From the IMG/VR virus record IMGVR_UViG_3300020413_000002, positions 1-36,838 of that record: a stretch of DNA of 36,838 nt; one strand, written 5' to 3'. Positions 25,601-35,029 of this stretch are shown piece after piece. Source of the stretch: a virus (Duplodnaviria > Caudoviricetes). Numbering within the stretch: the stretch's first letter is position 1; the number at the start of each line of letters is the position of its first letter. The notes under the pieces were generated by a model that was given only the letters and a program-made list of their open reading frames with translations, searched no databases and was not told where the DNA came from. Made by a program: the position numbers and the translations under genes.

Positions 25601-28600
25601 TACTTGATATAGGTGGTGGTAAAACTAATTTACTTTTAGATAAAGCTAATGAAAACAATGCAACAGCTTATATATTTGATCCTTATAATATAGTTGATAC
25701 AAGATTATCAAATCAAGAAGTTGTAGATATAGTTAAAAATGGTGGAGTAAATGTAGTTACAATTGCAAATGTATTAAATGTAGTACAAGAAGAATCAGCA
25801 AGAGCGCAAATATTAAAGAGAGCTGATAACGCATTAGCTGATGGTGGTACAATATTTATATCAATTCATAAAGGTAGTAAAGCAGACCAACAAAAAGGTT
25901 CAAGGAAAACTGGTAAAGACCAATTTCAAAATTATAAAAGAGCAAAAGATTATATTAAAGAAATAAGAAAAGTATTACCTAACTATGACATACAACTTGA
26001 CCCTAGTAATGAAGTGTTAACCTTAAAAAGAAGACCACAAGTTGTAACACAAAATGGCACTTTAATAAGAAGAGCAAATGGGATTGTAGGTAAAAAAGTT
26101 GGTAATGATTTATATTTGCATAAATCTTATTTAAATCAATATCCTGAATACCAGGATTTAGTAAAAGAAGCTAAAAACAAAATACCTAAAAACTTTAAGT
26201 ATAATACATTAAAGATTAATACTAAAACTGGAGAAGTTAGATTTGATCAATCTCCTGATTTTGATACAGCTAGTGAACCAAGAGTTGGTAAATATATTAC
26301 AGTTGGTAAACGTGGTAAAGTAACAGAAGGAGAATCTAATGCTGTGTGGCATCATAAATGGTTATGGGTACAAGACAATTATAAAGGATTTAATGTTTAT
26401 GAATCACAAAGTTGGAGCAGAACATGGTTATCAAAGCTTCAAGAAGTTGCTAAAGGGGGAAGTAAAAACGCCTGGCAAGAACAATTAAAATCTGTTGGGT
26501 TAGCTCAAGTAAGTTCATCAGGTAAAAAGGTTACTTCTAAAACTTTAAATAATCAAGTCGATGCTGCTTTAAAGGCTCTTTCTGAAATATCTCCTGAAAC
26601 AACTATTCTTATACATAAGACTCCTGAAGAATTTTTTAATGCTACTGGACAAAATGATATTAATGGATGGACTCAAGATAATGTTATTCATATAAATGAA
26701 ACTTATGCTAGAGAAACAACATTACCTCACGAAGTTTTGCATATTGTATTCAATGGTACATTTGGTTTTGATGCTACTGCTGAACAATTAGCATTAGATG
26801 TATTTGCTGAATTAACACCATTTTTAGATACAGAAACAACAGCATTTCTAGAAGAATTTGCATCTAATTATTCTGAAAATGTTAGAAATACAGAAATGTT
26901 AGCAGAGTTATTTGGAATAATGGCAGCTAATTACCAGGAAGCAAAACCTAAACCTAAACGTGCTATTAATAAATTAATTGATTATGTGGCTAATAAAGTT
27001 GGTTTAGGAAAATTTGTTAAAGGTAATAAAAATAAATATGATTTACTGCAAACTCTTGCTGGTCAAGTTTCTGAAGGCAAAACTATTACTAAAGAACAAA
27101 TACAACAAGCTTTTCAGATTGCACCTAAACAATACAATGTTGTAGATGAAAGTGGTAATGTAGATACTAACCCTATAAAAATTGAACAGTTACAAGATCA
27201 AGCTGTAGCTTTGATGAATGAGTTTATTGAAAAATTAAATTTAGATAACTTAAATCTAACTACAGAACAAAAAGAAACTATTATGATTTATGTTGCTAAA
27301 GAACAAGGTTATGATGCAGAACTAGATAACATAAATATTGATTTAGATTCTTTACCCCAGGAAGCTAAAGATTTATTAGACACTTGGTCAGAAATGGCTA
27401 AAGAAATTGCTGATAGATTAGATGCTGTTGCAGATGCTTTAAATTTACCATTTAGTTTATTAGATGGTTTTTATTTTCCATTACGTCATTACGAAGGTAC
27501 TGGAGAATTTGGAAGTGACATTGAAATAGCATTAGATTTAGCATTAAGAGGTTTTACAAAACGTAAAGGTAAGTTTTACGGAGAGCAAGAACAAGGTGGT
27601 GTTATATTAGACCCAGCTGAACAATTAAGATTATATCTACAAGATGCTTCTAAAATTATTATAATAGGAGAAGCAAAAATTGCTTTACAAGAAAAACTAG
27701 CAGAGAATCCAAAGATAGCAGAAAACATTGGAGCTGTATTAGAAAAATACGAAGATAATCAAGACCTTACTGAATACGAAGAAAGTGTATTAGAACAATA
27801 TACAGATATGCAAAATTTAGAAGAAGCTGGTGTCCCACTAGGTATGCCAAGAGGTGCATATGCTAATTCACAACATTTTGATCGTATAAATGATTATAAA
27901 AAACAAGGTACTGGCGAAGATTTACCTAATGCTCCTCAAAAAATAAAAGAATTTTTAAAAATATTTTCTCCTTCATTAGCTAAAAAACTAGGAGATGCTT
28001 TTGATAATTGGGGTAATATTATTGACCCACATTTTATATTACAACGTATGGATGGAAGTGGAGAAATAGATAGCCAGGGGAACTTGTATGGACAAAATTC
28101 AATACTATGGTCTCGTCTATTACAAGCAGAAGCTTTATCTAGACTAGCAGAAGCTAGCGACAAACAAATGCAAATGGATGTTTTAAAACCTATAAGAGAA
28201 CAAGGCGAAGAAGCTCTTGGAATGATAAACGTTTTATTAAATGAATACATATTAAGTAAAGATAATAAGTTAAATGAAATAGGAGCAGCAAAAGATTCTG
28301 AACAATTTTGGAAAATATCACAAACTTATAAAGGTAGAGATCGAGTTACTAAAGAACAATCTGATGTTATTTTTTGGTATGGTAAACGTGTTATATCAAT
28401 GAAACAAACATTAGGATTAGGTGGTAAATTAAGAAGTAATATTGCCGATGTTAAACGTAGTGAAAGAGCTAAATTTTTAGAAGTTGAACAAAAGCTTGAA
28501 CAAGGATTACCAGTAAGTGATGCAGAGCTAAAAAAACATTTAAGTTATTCTGTTAATGCAGATGAAGGAACAGCATTAAATACTATTGGTAAAATGATGA

Positions 28601-30087
28601 GATGGATTACAGAAAAAAATGCCATTAATACAAAAGACTTTTTAGGTTACTATGACAGTATTGTTTTAATTAATAATAAAGGTGGATATTTTTATGATTT
28701 AGTAAATCAAATGAACGCCTGGGCAGATTATTTAGATTCTATTGGACAAAAAAATAATGCTGCTTGGTGGAGAATGAAAATAGATAGTAATGTTATTGGT
28801 AACGTATTTAAATTTGAAAACCAGTTATTAGATTTTGCTGCAGAAAGAATTATTAAAACTTTAAAAACTGGAGAAGAATCTGGCGACCAGGAAGAAATAA
28901 TTAAACATGGTAGAGGAAGATCAGGTTTTTCTAAATCTGTTATTAATAGATTAAGAAATATGAGTCCACAAGAATTAAGAGCATCAGCTTTAGATGCTGC
29001 AACTCATTTACAAAGAGCAAGAATAAGCGCATTTCTTATAGGTAATGTTGGATGGACATTAACTACACAGCCAACAAGTATAGCATTTACTATTAAACAA
29101 ACTGGATTTAGTTATGTTGCAAAAGCTATTGCTGGAATGATTACTGGTAATAGTTATCAAACAACTAGTAATGTTTCTAAAATTAAAGGACAATTAAAAG
29201 GGATTGATAGATTAGAAGCATCATCAGAGTTTCACGATATGTCTATTAAACAAACTAAACGAGCAAAGTTTAGAAACCAATTGTCTTTCTTTGGTGGTAA
29301 AATGGAAGCAGCTTTAACAGATGTATCTTATAATGCTGGTTATATATATGCTAAACAAGAATTAGGATTAAATGATACTCAAGCTAAAATACATGGAGAT
29401 ATGGTAGCTGCAACAACACAATCTATGTACACAAGAGTTAGTCGTAATACAGCATTAAATTCACAAGTTATGAGATTTATGCAACCATTACAAACATATG
29501 TATTTACTGCAATGTCAAACGCATTAGATACTATGGGAGTAGTAGGAAGAAAACGATCTGTACAAACAAGAATGGCAGAATTTGCAAGATGGATATTAAC
29601 ACAAAGATTATTTGTTGTTTTATGGTCTATGCATTTTGGAGACGATTTAGAAAAAGCATTATTAAATCCAGTATGGGATAGAGCTGGTATAGGAAGTAAT
29701 ATACCTTTATTAGGTAAAAAAATAGATATTAAATTATCTAAAGTAATTCCATGGCAAGATGACAGAACCTGGCAAGATAAAGGTTATGCAGAACAATTTG
29801 TAGATAAAACTACTAAATTATTATTAGGTGTTGCTAACAATGAAGAAAATTGGGAACGAGAAGCTGCACAATATACAATAAGATATATTACGCCTATGAT
29901 AGGTATAGGTGGTACATCTCCAGTTAATAACGCAATAAGAATGTGGGATGCATCTTTAGATGATAATAGATTTGAAGGTATTACTGGATGGAAATATGCT
30001 GATTTTGCAGATGATGATATTGGTGGATGGGCTAATGGATTATTATTTGGAATCAAAGCTGTAGACGCAAAGGAAACTTTTAAATGA
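22693..30087 (+). CDS. giant polyvalent ejection protein (gp16-like) with methyltransferase and zincin domains
   Basis: 2464 aa. Gly-rich membrane-like segment around aa 300-440; ILDIGGG/FDPYN/NVLNVV methyltransferase motifs; GKKVG..LYLH/PDFDT/HHKWLWV domain; PHEVLH...EMLAE zincin. Confidence 0.8.
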   Translation: MKKAEFEQKLLDKGVNKDKIPKLSKKWQTQYGTFEDTAPEFRLAPKQYTPNYYATLGDDYPQNNLISTTDQNNTKLSELFSLNYETNIPTSLTSSILNLTEPNSNSEQALATRKEALADPNINLLNKTTMTGGENSYETYKPYYESIIEKSNEPNSTGQLFTWIDNLPSWAANIFGLQTASKGLFDIASQAVRGIEKANYDANLPFEANIPTDLSTNSPLKLNFNGFSEAGIDVDIRPFDPKEVEIRNAEMEKLHKEVGDMVVNNRTYQDDLTMEEIQTGMSDVDKLNTGNKLIEAGTELSSYAIAAVPGLGIPLSATINFGRLYDEGYQETRDAEWSTGYGIIGGMLETALDRMISSLPRKIMKNLNVKTLRGSMGKTVATMFGVSQASGIGEFLTESLQSAAIQKKSTNVINWRQAFNEGALAYMIGVTGGSVGSIQGVRNQSKIRSRLELVQATEQEQVDILEDINNGNTEGAAQKFSVIRDRLFKKFAKQAAIKLDPKNNIDLPDNLKPWTLDRIQEVRDALNDTELDNWIDETFEAPLRDVARKAFKMPSDKTRIEFNRARINYQNRKDSDYDVIDNKIEEESKPEKDAIDPTGVWDAYDLENTDVIIDKDAFGRFVKIDINNKNEILTRQRVEELADYKDGRVILTDEAKDLQNVPNFELFENIKNTSVIGSLMKTLDEEWDIPEDVIRQLLINDTSSDINVTMSSVYNNKSLWDLTKEIADIVKNNGTLPIELTNAVNNKLKNNPFQVKLFFDVLNTQINTKKDLTKLTIGGFEVLPDNEATQRWEAMRNKGSNLFEYALSQLEGVLLPQDKNHPTYVKTAKAYAEKSHDKDYRNHLNHVFIWKRKERVKQVREAVSDAVYQGNIQLLYNQLDKLGINPKGKLAQLLNQATSQFHLAEKVLQESNSLEKTKGRAQVSRRAKENVWQFQEVQEFSSKSTSLNQLAALFTTAKYSNLIFQEGNAILDIGGGKTNLLLDKANENNATAYIFDPYNIVDTRLSNQEVVDIVKNGGVNVVTIANVLNVVQEESARAQILKRADNALADGGTIFISIHKGSKADQQKGSRKTGKDQFQNYKRAKDYIKEIRKVLPNYDIQLDPSNEVLTLKRRPQVVTQNGTLIRRANGIVGKKVGNDLYLHKSYLNQYPEYQDLVKEAKNKIPKNFKYNTLKINTKTGEVRFDQSPDFDTASEPRVGKYITVGKRGKVTEGESNAVWHHKWLWVQDNYKGFNVYESQSWSRTWLSKLQEVAKGGSKNAWQEQLKSVGLAQVSSSGKKVTSKTLNNQVDAALKALSEISPETTILIHKTPEEFFNATGQNDINGWTQDNVIHINETYARETTLPHEVLHIVFNGTFGFDATAEQLALDVFAELTPFLDTETTAFLEEFASNYSENVRNTEMLAELFGIMAANYQEAKPKPKRAINKLIDYVANKVGLGKFVKGNKNKYDLLQTLAGQVSEGKTITKEQIQQAFQIAPKQYNVVDESGNVDTNPIKIEQLQDQAVALMNEFIEKLNLDNLNLTTEQKETIMIYVAKEQGYDAELDNINIDLDSLPQEAKDLLDTWSEMAKEIADRLDAVADALNLPFSLLDGFYFPLRHYEGTGEFGSDIEIALDLALRGFTKRKGKFYGEQEQGGVILDPAEQLRLYLQDASKIIIIGEAKIALQEKLAENPKIAENIGAVLEKYEDNQDLTEYEESVLEQYTDMQNLEEAGVPLGMPRGAYANSQHFDRINDYKKQGTGEDLPNAPQKIKEFLKIFSPSLAKKLGDAFDNWGNIIDPHFILQRMDGSGEIDSQGNLYGQNSILWSRLLQAEALSRLAEASDKQMQMDVLKPIREQGEEALGMINVLLNEYILSKDNKLNEIGAAKDSEQFWKISQTYKGRDRVTKEQSDVIFWYGKRVISMKQTLGLGGKLRSNIADVKRSERAKFLEVEQKLEQGLPVSDAELKKHLSYSVNADEGTALNTIGKMMRWITEKNAINTKDFLGYYDSIVLINNKGGYFYDLVNQMNAWADYLDSIGQKNNAAWWRMKIDSNVIGNVFKFENQLLDFAAERIIKTLKTGEESGDQEEIIKHGRGRSGFSKSVINRLRNMSPQELRASALDAATHLQRARISAFLIGNVGWTLTTQPTSIAFTIKQTGFSYVAKAIAGMITGNSYQTTSNVSKIKGQLKGIDRLEASSEFHDMSIKQTKRAKFRNQLSFFGGKMEAALTDVSYNAGYIYAKQELGLNDTQAKIHGDMVAATTQSMYTRVSRNTALNSQVMRFMQPLQTYVFTAMSNALDTMGVVGRKRSVQTRMAEFARWILTQRLFVVLWSMHFGDDLEKALLNPVWDRAGIGSNIPLLGKKIDIKLSKVIPWQDDRTWQDKGYAEQFVDKTTKLLLGVANNEENWEREAAQYTIRYITPMIGIGGTSPVNNAIRMWDASLDDNRFEGITGWKYADFADDDIGGWANGLLFGIKAVDAKETFK

Positions 30088-31748
30088 CATTAGCTGTAAA
30101 TCAACAAAGAATACAACATACAGTTACTTCTTATACTGGAAGAATAACCCAGTATTTTGAATTTCCTTATCCTTATTATAATGATACCGATATAGTTGTT
30201 AGTTTATTATACACAACTGGTATTATTAAAAATAATCAATTTAGAACTCTTACTCCTACTAATGGAGATACTTTACAAGGTGCATCTGTTGGTATACCTG
30301 GTGTTGTATTACCAGTAAATACAATAATAACTATTGAAAGAGTTGTTCCTTTAAGTCAAGAATATGATTTGCAAGAAGGAGCAACTATTGATCCTACAGC
30401 TATTAACACTAGTTTTGATAGAATTGTTGCACAAAACCAACAACAAGATGAAGACTTTCAAAGAAGTTTAATACATCCAGTAACTGACCCAGATGGTTTA
30501 AATTATACAGCTCCTTCAAGTGTAACGAGAGCTGGTAAAACTTGTGGATGGGATGCTAACGGAAATATAGTAGCTTTAGACGGAGGAGTAGATGTAGTAT
30601 ATGGCGATACAACAAAAGGTATAACTATATCGAATAATTTTGTATCAGCACAAATTGATACTACTCGTGGTATACAATTTAATACAAATGGAAAAATAGG
30701 AATTAGTGATGGTGGTGTAACAGCAGATATGTTAGACCCTAACTTTATTTCTAATGGTCAATTAAATTTAGATTTTTTACAAAATATTGCTACTGGAAAA
30801 GTATTAGGTAATACATCAGGTAGTACATCTAATGTTACAACAGTAGACATAAATCCTGATATAATAAATAATAATTATACTCAAGATACATCAATAGCTT
30901 CAAGTAAAGCAATACAACAATTAGTTAATATATTAAAACCTAATATTGTACAAACAGTAGATAAAACTTACAGAAAAGTAGAAAGCACTAAAAGTCCTTA
31001 TAATCCTACTTATAGTAGTTTTAGTGGAGATGATTCCTGGGAAACATTAAGTGGCTTTGAATGTTCACTTACTCCAAGATTTTCTACTAGTGAAATTTTA
31101 TTAAATATTAATTTAGTAGCTTCTCCTGATAATAGAAATAGTAATTTATACTTTAGAGTTAAAAGAGTTACTAATGGAGAAACTTCTTATTTACCAGTAG
31201 GCGATGACGGAGGTAATGGTCAAGCACAATGTTCTTTTGTTGCTATAACTAATGGATATAAAAATAATGCAACTACAACATCTTTTACTTTTTTAGATTC
31301 TCCAACATTAATAGCTAATTCAATTGTAACCTATTCATTAGAATGGAAAAACTATGGTATGTCTAATAGTCAATCTATAAATGTTAAAAATGGAGAGTAT
31401 TATCAAATAATGAATTTAGGTACTATTGGTAATAATGCATCGCCTAGACCAAGTGAACCAATTTTTGATTGGACATCAGTCGGTGCATCAAGTACAAATC
31501 CTAGTGTTAATGATATTTTTCAAGCAACTACTGATATGTTGTTTCCAAAAATAACACAACCTCCATTAGTAAAATTAGTTAGATCAGATGGTAAAGAAAG
31601 ATATTGTTATTCGGGATGGGCTTTAAATGGAAGTTATTGGGATAGAGACCAATCTTCTTTAAGAGCAAATAATTCAGGGCAAATGGAATACAAAAGTATT
31701 TCCCCTAGAGCAACTTCTAGTATAGTATTAGAAGAAATATATAAATAG
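30084..31748 (+). CDS. tail fibre 1 with T7 gp17-like N-terminal anchor
   Basis: FEFPYPYY...DIVV...IERVVP...FDRIVAQNQQ anchor; C-terminal LTPRFSTSEILL...FLDSP...TYSLEW...SSIVLEEI domain. Confidence 0.82.
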   Translation: MTLAVNQQRIQHTVTSYTGRITQYFEFPYPYYNDTDIVVSLLYTTGIIKNNQFRTLTPTNGDTLQGASVGIPGVVLPVNTIITIERVVPLSQEYDLQEGATIDPTAINTSFDRIVAQNQQQDEDFQRSLIHPVTDPDGLNYTAPSSVTRAGKTCGWDANGNIVALDGGVDVVYGDTTKGITISNNFVSAQIDTTRGIQFNTNGKIGISDGGVTADMLDPNFISNGQLNLDFLQNIATGKVLGNTSGSTSNVTTVDINPDIINNNYTQDTSIASSKAIQQLVNILKPNIVQTVDKTYRKVESTKSPYNPTYSSFSGDDSWETLSGFECSLTPRFSTSEILLNINLVASPDNRNSNLYFRVKRVTNGETSYLPVGDDGGNGQAQCSFVAITNGYKNNATTTSFTFLDSPTLIANSIVTYSLEWKNYGMSNSQSINVKNGEYYQIMNLGTIGNNASPRPSEPIFDWTSVGASSTNPSVNDIFQATTDMLFPKITQPPLVKLVRSDGKERYCYSGWALNGSYWDRDQSSLRANNSGQMEYKSISPRATSSIVLEEIYK

Positions 31749-31758
31749 AGGCAAAATT

Positions 31759-32931
31759 ATGGCATTAACAGACCAAACAAATAGAAAAGAATATACTGCT
31801 TCTGGTACAGCAAGCGAGGAATTTGCTTTTCCATTTCCTTATTTTGCTGAATCAGATTTAGTTGTAACAAAACAAAGTAGTGGAGTATTAACAACACTAA
31901 CAATAAATGTTGATTATACACAAGTAGCAACCAATGGAGATACTCTCCAGGGAGGTAAAGTTGTAGCAATTAATCCTTTTACAGCTGGAGATATAATTGT
32001 TGTTGCAAGAATTGTAAACTTTACACAAGAGTATGATTTACAAGAGGGTGCTGACATTGATCCTACTGGATTAAATACAGCATTAGACAGAGTCGTAGCA
32101 CAAAATCAACAGCAAGAAAATGATATATCAAGAATGATTGTTCATCCAATTACTGATCCTTCTTCGACTACATATACAGTTAGTACAACAACAGACAGAG
32201 CAAATAAAGCATTAGGTTATGATGCTAGTGGTAATATAACAGAGTTATCATTATTAACTACTGGTACAGTAACAGTAAATACACAATCAGGGTTAGATCA
32301 GGCAGGTAATATTATTTCTGCAAAAGTAGATAGTACAACAACTGATTTTAATTCTAGTGGACAAATAGAAGTTAAAACTATTAGTAATACTCAAATGGGT
32401 ACAAATGCTGTTAAGACAACAAACATTGAAGACGCTGCTGTTACATTTGCTAAATTAACAGATGTAAGTACAGATTTATCTACTGATTCTAGTGCTACTA
32501 AAATAGCTACAGCAAATGCAGTAAAAGTATATGCAGATGGGTTAGATGAAGAATATGTTACTGCAACTGGTGGTACTACTGATCTTGTTAAAACAACAAG
32601 TGGTAATGGTGCAGAAACAACTTATACATATAATATAGCTGATTTTACTGGAGTGATGGCTGATGGTTCATCTATTACTACTGCTAATATTAGACAAGTT
32701 ATTATTGAAAATAAAACAGTAAGTAGTGATACAACAGAGATAACATTAAGTGGAGATGCGCCAACTGGTTCTAGATTAGTTGCATTAACTACAGCTAGTG
32801 CTGGTACTCATGTCAATACTTTTTATTATCCAATTAATGCTAGTCAAGGAGCATTAAATTTGTATCATATATTTGACGCAAGTAGTGGGACATCTACTAC
32901 TACAATTAAAGGTTTTATAATTAAAAATTAA
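31759..32931 (+). CDS. tail fibre 2 with paralogous anchor
   Basis: Shares TNGDTLQG, QEYDLQEGAxIDPT, DRxVAQNQQQ and HPxTDP with fibre 1; AVKTTNIEDAAVTFAKL repeat. Confidence 0.82.
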   Translation: MALTDQTNRKEYTASGTASEEFAFPFPYFAESDLVVTKQSSGVLTTLTINVDYTQVATNGDTLQGGKVVAINPFTAGDIIVVARIVNFTQEYDLQEGADIDPTGLNTALDRVVAQNQQQENDISRMIVHPITDPSSTTYTVSTTTDRANKALGYDASGNITELSLLTTGTVTVNTQSGLDQAGNIISAKVDSTTTDFNSSGQIEVKTISNTQMGTNAVKTTNIEDAAVTFAKLTDVSTDLSTDSSATKIATANAVKVYADGLDEEYVTATGGTTDLVKTTSGNGAETTYTYNIADFTGVMADGSSITTANIRQVIIENKTVSSDTTEITLSGDAPTGSRLVALTTASAGTHVNTFYYPINASQGALNLYHIFDASSGTSTTTIKGFIIKN

Positions 32932-32942
32932 AAGGTAAAAAA

Positions 32943-33278
32943 ATGACAAATAAAATTAAAATAGGAAAAGACGAAGTTGGTCACAATTTGCAGTTTTCTC
33001 ATTTAAAAACATTAGAAGCATTTAATTTAACTTCTGCTGCTGGAGTAAATACTTCAATAGCTGCTAATTATGATGTTTCACTAGTTATTACTCCATTAAG
33101 TGGAGAAGCTTATGTTAATATTGGAACAACTGTAAGTGGCGTGCCAGCTGCGGGAGAAACACCAGGTACTGTAGGCGTACTAATTAAAAATGGTGCTTCT
33201 TATACTACTATAATCCGAAAGGGAGAAAAAATTGCTGTAAGTGCAACTTGCAACATTTGTCCACTCGGAGAAGAATAG
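32943..33278 (+). CDS. small beta-rich virion protein
   Basis: AAGGT RBS; located in the tail region. Confidence 0.65.
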   Translation: MTNKIKIGKDEVGHNLQFSHLKTLEAFNLTSAAGVNTSIAANYDVSLVITPLSGEAYVNIGTTVSGVPAAGETPGTVGVLIKNGASYTTIIRKGEKIAVSATCNICPLGEE

Positions 33279-33883
33279 TGAGTTTTGGAAATATACAAAA
33301 TGCTTTTGGTTTAGAAGGTGCAAGTCGTTCTTATGAAAATATTGAATCTATTAGAACTTTAACAAGTCCTCTTCAATATACTACAACCAGTAACCCAACA
33401 GCAATAGGAATGTGGTTTGCTCTTAATGCTAATGCTTATGTACCAGGAAGAAATGAAAATGAAGCATCGGTAAATGCAACTAATAGAACATTACATTTAC
33501 AACAAAGTGGTGCAAATGCAGGTGCAAGTGATACTTATAGATCAGCATATTGGAATTGTTGGAGAGTATTAGCTACATCTGTTCCTAATATAAGAAGTTA
33601 TTTTGATTTAAAATATACTGTTACAGCTCGTTCTACAACTGGAAATACAATAAGGTTTATGTTAGAGTACGGAGATACTCTTGGTACACCATCTACTTAT
33701 AGAAGTATTGAAATGCCAAACACTTTAGGAACACATACTGTTTCTTTTTTCAACGATTTAAAAACAACATTATCAATGCGTTTAAATTATGCATTCGATG
33801 CAGCAAGTGGTATAGATAGTGGTACAAGTACTATTACATTTAAAGATGTTATTCTTACTCAAAAATATAGGGAGACTGACTAA
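33278..33883 (+). CDS. putative tail or receptor-binding protein (probable GTG start at 33278)
   Basis: TAGTG coupling after GGAG; T/S-rich beta-sandwich-like composition. Confidence 0.6.
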   Translation: MSFGNIQNAFGLEGASRSYENIESIRTLTSPLQYTTTSNPTAIGMWFALNANAYVPGRNENEASVNATNRTLHLQQSGANAGASDTYRSAYWNCWRVLATSVPNIRSYFDLKYTVTARSTTGNTIRFMLEYGDTLGTPSTYRSIEMPNTLGTHTVSFFNDLKTTLSMRLNYAFDAASGIDSGTSTITFKDVILTQKYRETD

Positions 33884-34110
33884 TGGAAAATGAATATGGT
33901 TTTATAGAATATCCTGAAGAAACAACTTATTGGGTAGCATATAATGATACATCAGATTGGACTTGTGGTCATGTTACAATATTTGAAGATATGGCATCTC
34001 CTAAAAATATTTTATTAGAAAATACTGATGCACAAGAATTAACAGATTATGCTAATCAATTAGGAATACCAGTTACATATGAACAATTACTAGGAGACGG
34101 AAATGCCTAA
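33883..34110 (+). CDS. small acidic protein, possible fibre chaperone
   Basis: Translationally coupled to both neighbours. Confidence 0.6.
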   Translation: MENEYGFIEYPEETTYWVAYNDTSDWTCGHVTIFEDMASPKNILLENTDAQELTDYANQLGIPVTYEQLLGDGNA

Positions 34111-34363
34111 AGGAGTTAGTATGCGTAAGGTTCATAAGAATCCTACTGGAGGATTATCAGAAAGAGGTCGTAAATATTACAACGCTAAAACTGGTAGTAA
34201 TTTAAAAAGACCAGTTACTGGTAAAGTAAAACGAGGCAGTAAAGCTGCTAAAAGACGTAAATCATTTTGCGCTAGAATGAGTGGTATGAAAGGCGCGTTA
34301 AAAGATAGTAAAGGTAGACCAACAAGAAAAGCATTAGCTTTAAGAAAATGGAAGTGTAGATAA
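34103..34363 (+). CDS. conserved basic phage protein (DUF6321-like)
   Basis: KNPTGGLSERGR...SNLKRPV...RRKSFCARM...ALRKWKC. Confidence 0.75.
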   Translation: MPKGVSMRKVHKNPTGGLSERGRKYYNAKTGSNLKRPVTGKVKRGSKAAKRRKSFCARMSGMKGALKDSKGRPTRKALALRKWKCR

Positions 34364-34491
34364 TGAGCTTATATAGAAATATAAATAGACGTAGGAGATT
34401 AGGTATTAGTAGACCTAAAAGTAAATCAACTATTAGTAAGAAATCATATGCTAATATGAAACGAGGCTTCGTAAAGAAGAAAAAGAAATGA
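34363..34491 (+). CDS. 42-aa basic microprotein MSLYRNINRRRRLGISRPKSKSTISKKSYANMKRGFVKKKKK (not in ORF track)
   Basis: TAATG and ATGA couplings on either side. Confidence 0.75.
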   Translation: MSLYRNINRRRRLGISRPKSKSTISKKSYANMKRGFVKKKKK

Positions 34492-34640
34492 ATGAAATAA
34501 TAGGAAGAACAGGTGTGGGTATAATAGGTTTTACTGGAAGTGTAACTTTAATGCAGATTAATGCAATTTTATCAGCTATTGTTGCTATATTAACAATTGT
34601 ATATTTAATTATAAGTATTAAAAAAAGGATTTCTGAATAA
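34488..34640 (+). CDS. 50-aa holin-like membrane protein (not in ORF track)
   Basis: MNEIIGRTGVGIIGFTGSVTLMQINAILSAIVAILTIVYLIISIKKRISE: hydrophobic segments and a basic tail; coupled on both sides. Confidence 0.65.
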   Translation: MNEIIGRTGVGIIGFTGSVTLMQINAILSAIVAILTIVYLIISIKKRISE

Positions 34641-35029
34641 TGAATTCTACAACATCTTATATAGCTACAGCTTCAAGTATGATACCTATACAATATCAAG
34701 GTGGAATAAAATCGGATTATGAAAGACAATGGAAACAATCTGGCTCGACCAGTTCTTTTAATGCCTGGTTATTAAATGATTTAAAACAAAATGGAATTAG
34801 AAGAGGTACTAAATATATAAATATAAACAGTAAAAAAAGTAGAGATAACTATAAAGATGAAATGAATTTTTATAAAAAACAATTAGGTTTATCAGAAGAA
34901 CAAATAACAAGATTATCTATTGGAGATAACATTGATGTTACTCCCAGGAAATCAAAATATTTAATGACAAATCAACAATCTAATAGCGAAGCATTAATAC
35001 AAGCGCTAAAAGAGTTAGGAGTACAATGA
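34640..35029 (+). CDS. hypothetical protein
   Basis: 129-aa soluble ORF between two membrane-protein genes. Confidence 0.7.
   Translation: MNSTTSYIATASSMIPIQYQGGIKSDYERQWKQSGSTSSFNAWLLNDLKQNGIRRGTKYININSKKSRDNYKDEMNFYKKQLGLSEEQITRLSIGDNIDVTPRKSKYLMTNQQSNSEALIQALKELGVQ

Noticed and set aside
14366-31969. Nested or antisense ORFs 14366-14641, 17621-17806, 19256-19726, 19701-19883, 24021-24347, 27936-28250, 29784-30056 and 31757-31969
   Set aside because: All overlap long structural genes and look like codon-bias shadows.
30084-33883. Diversity-generating retroelement as in BPP-1
   Set aside because: No reverse transcriptase and no TR/VR repeat pair differing at adenines were seen.
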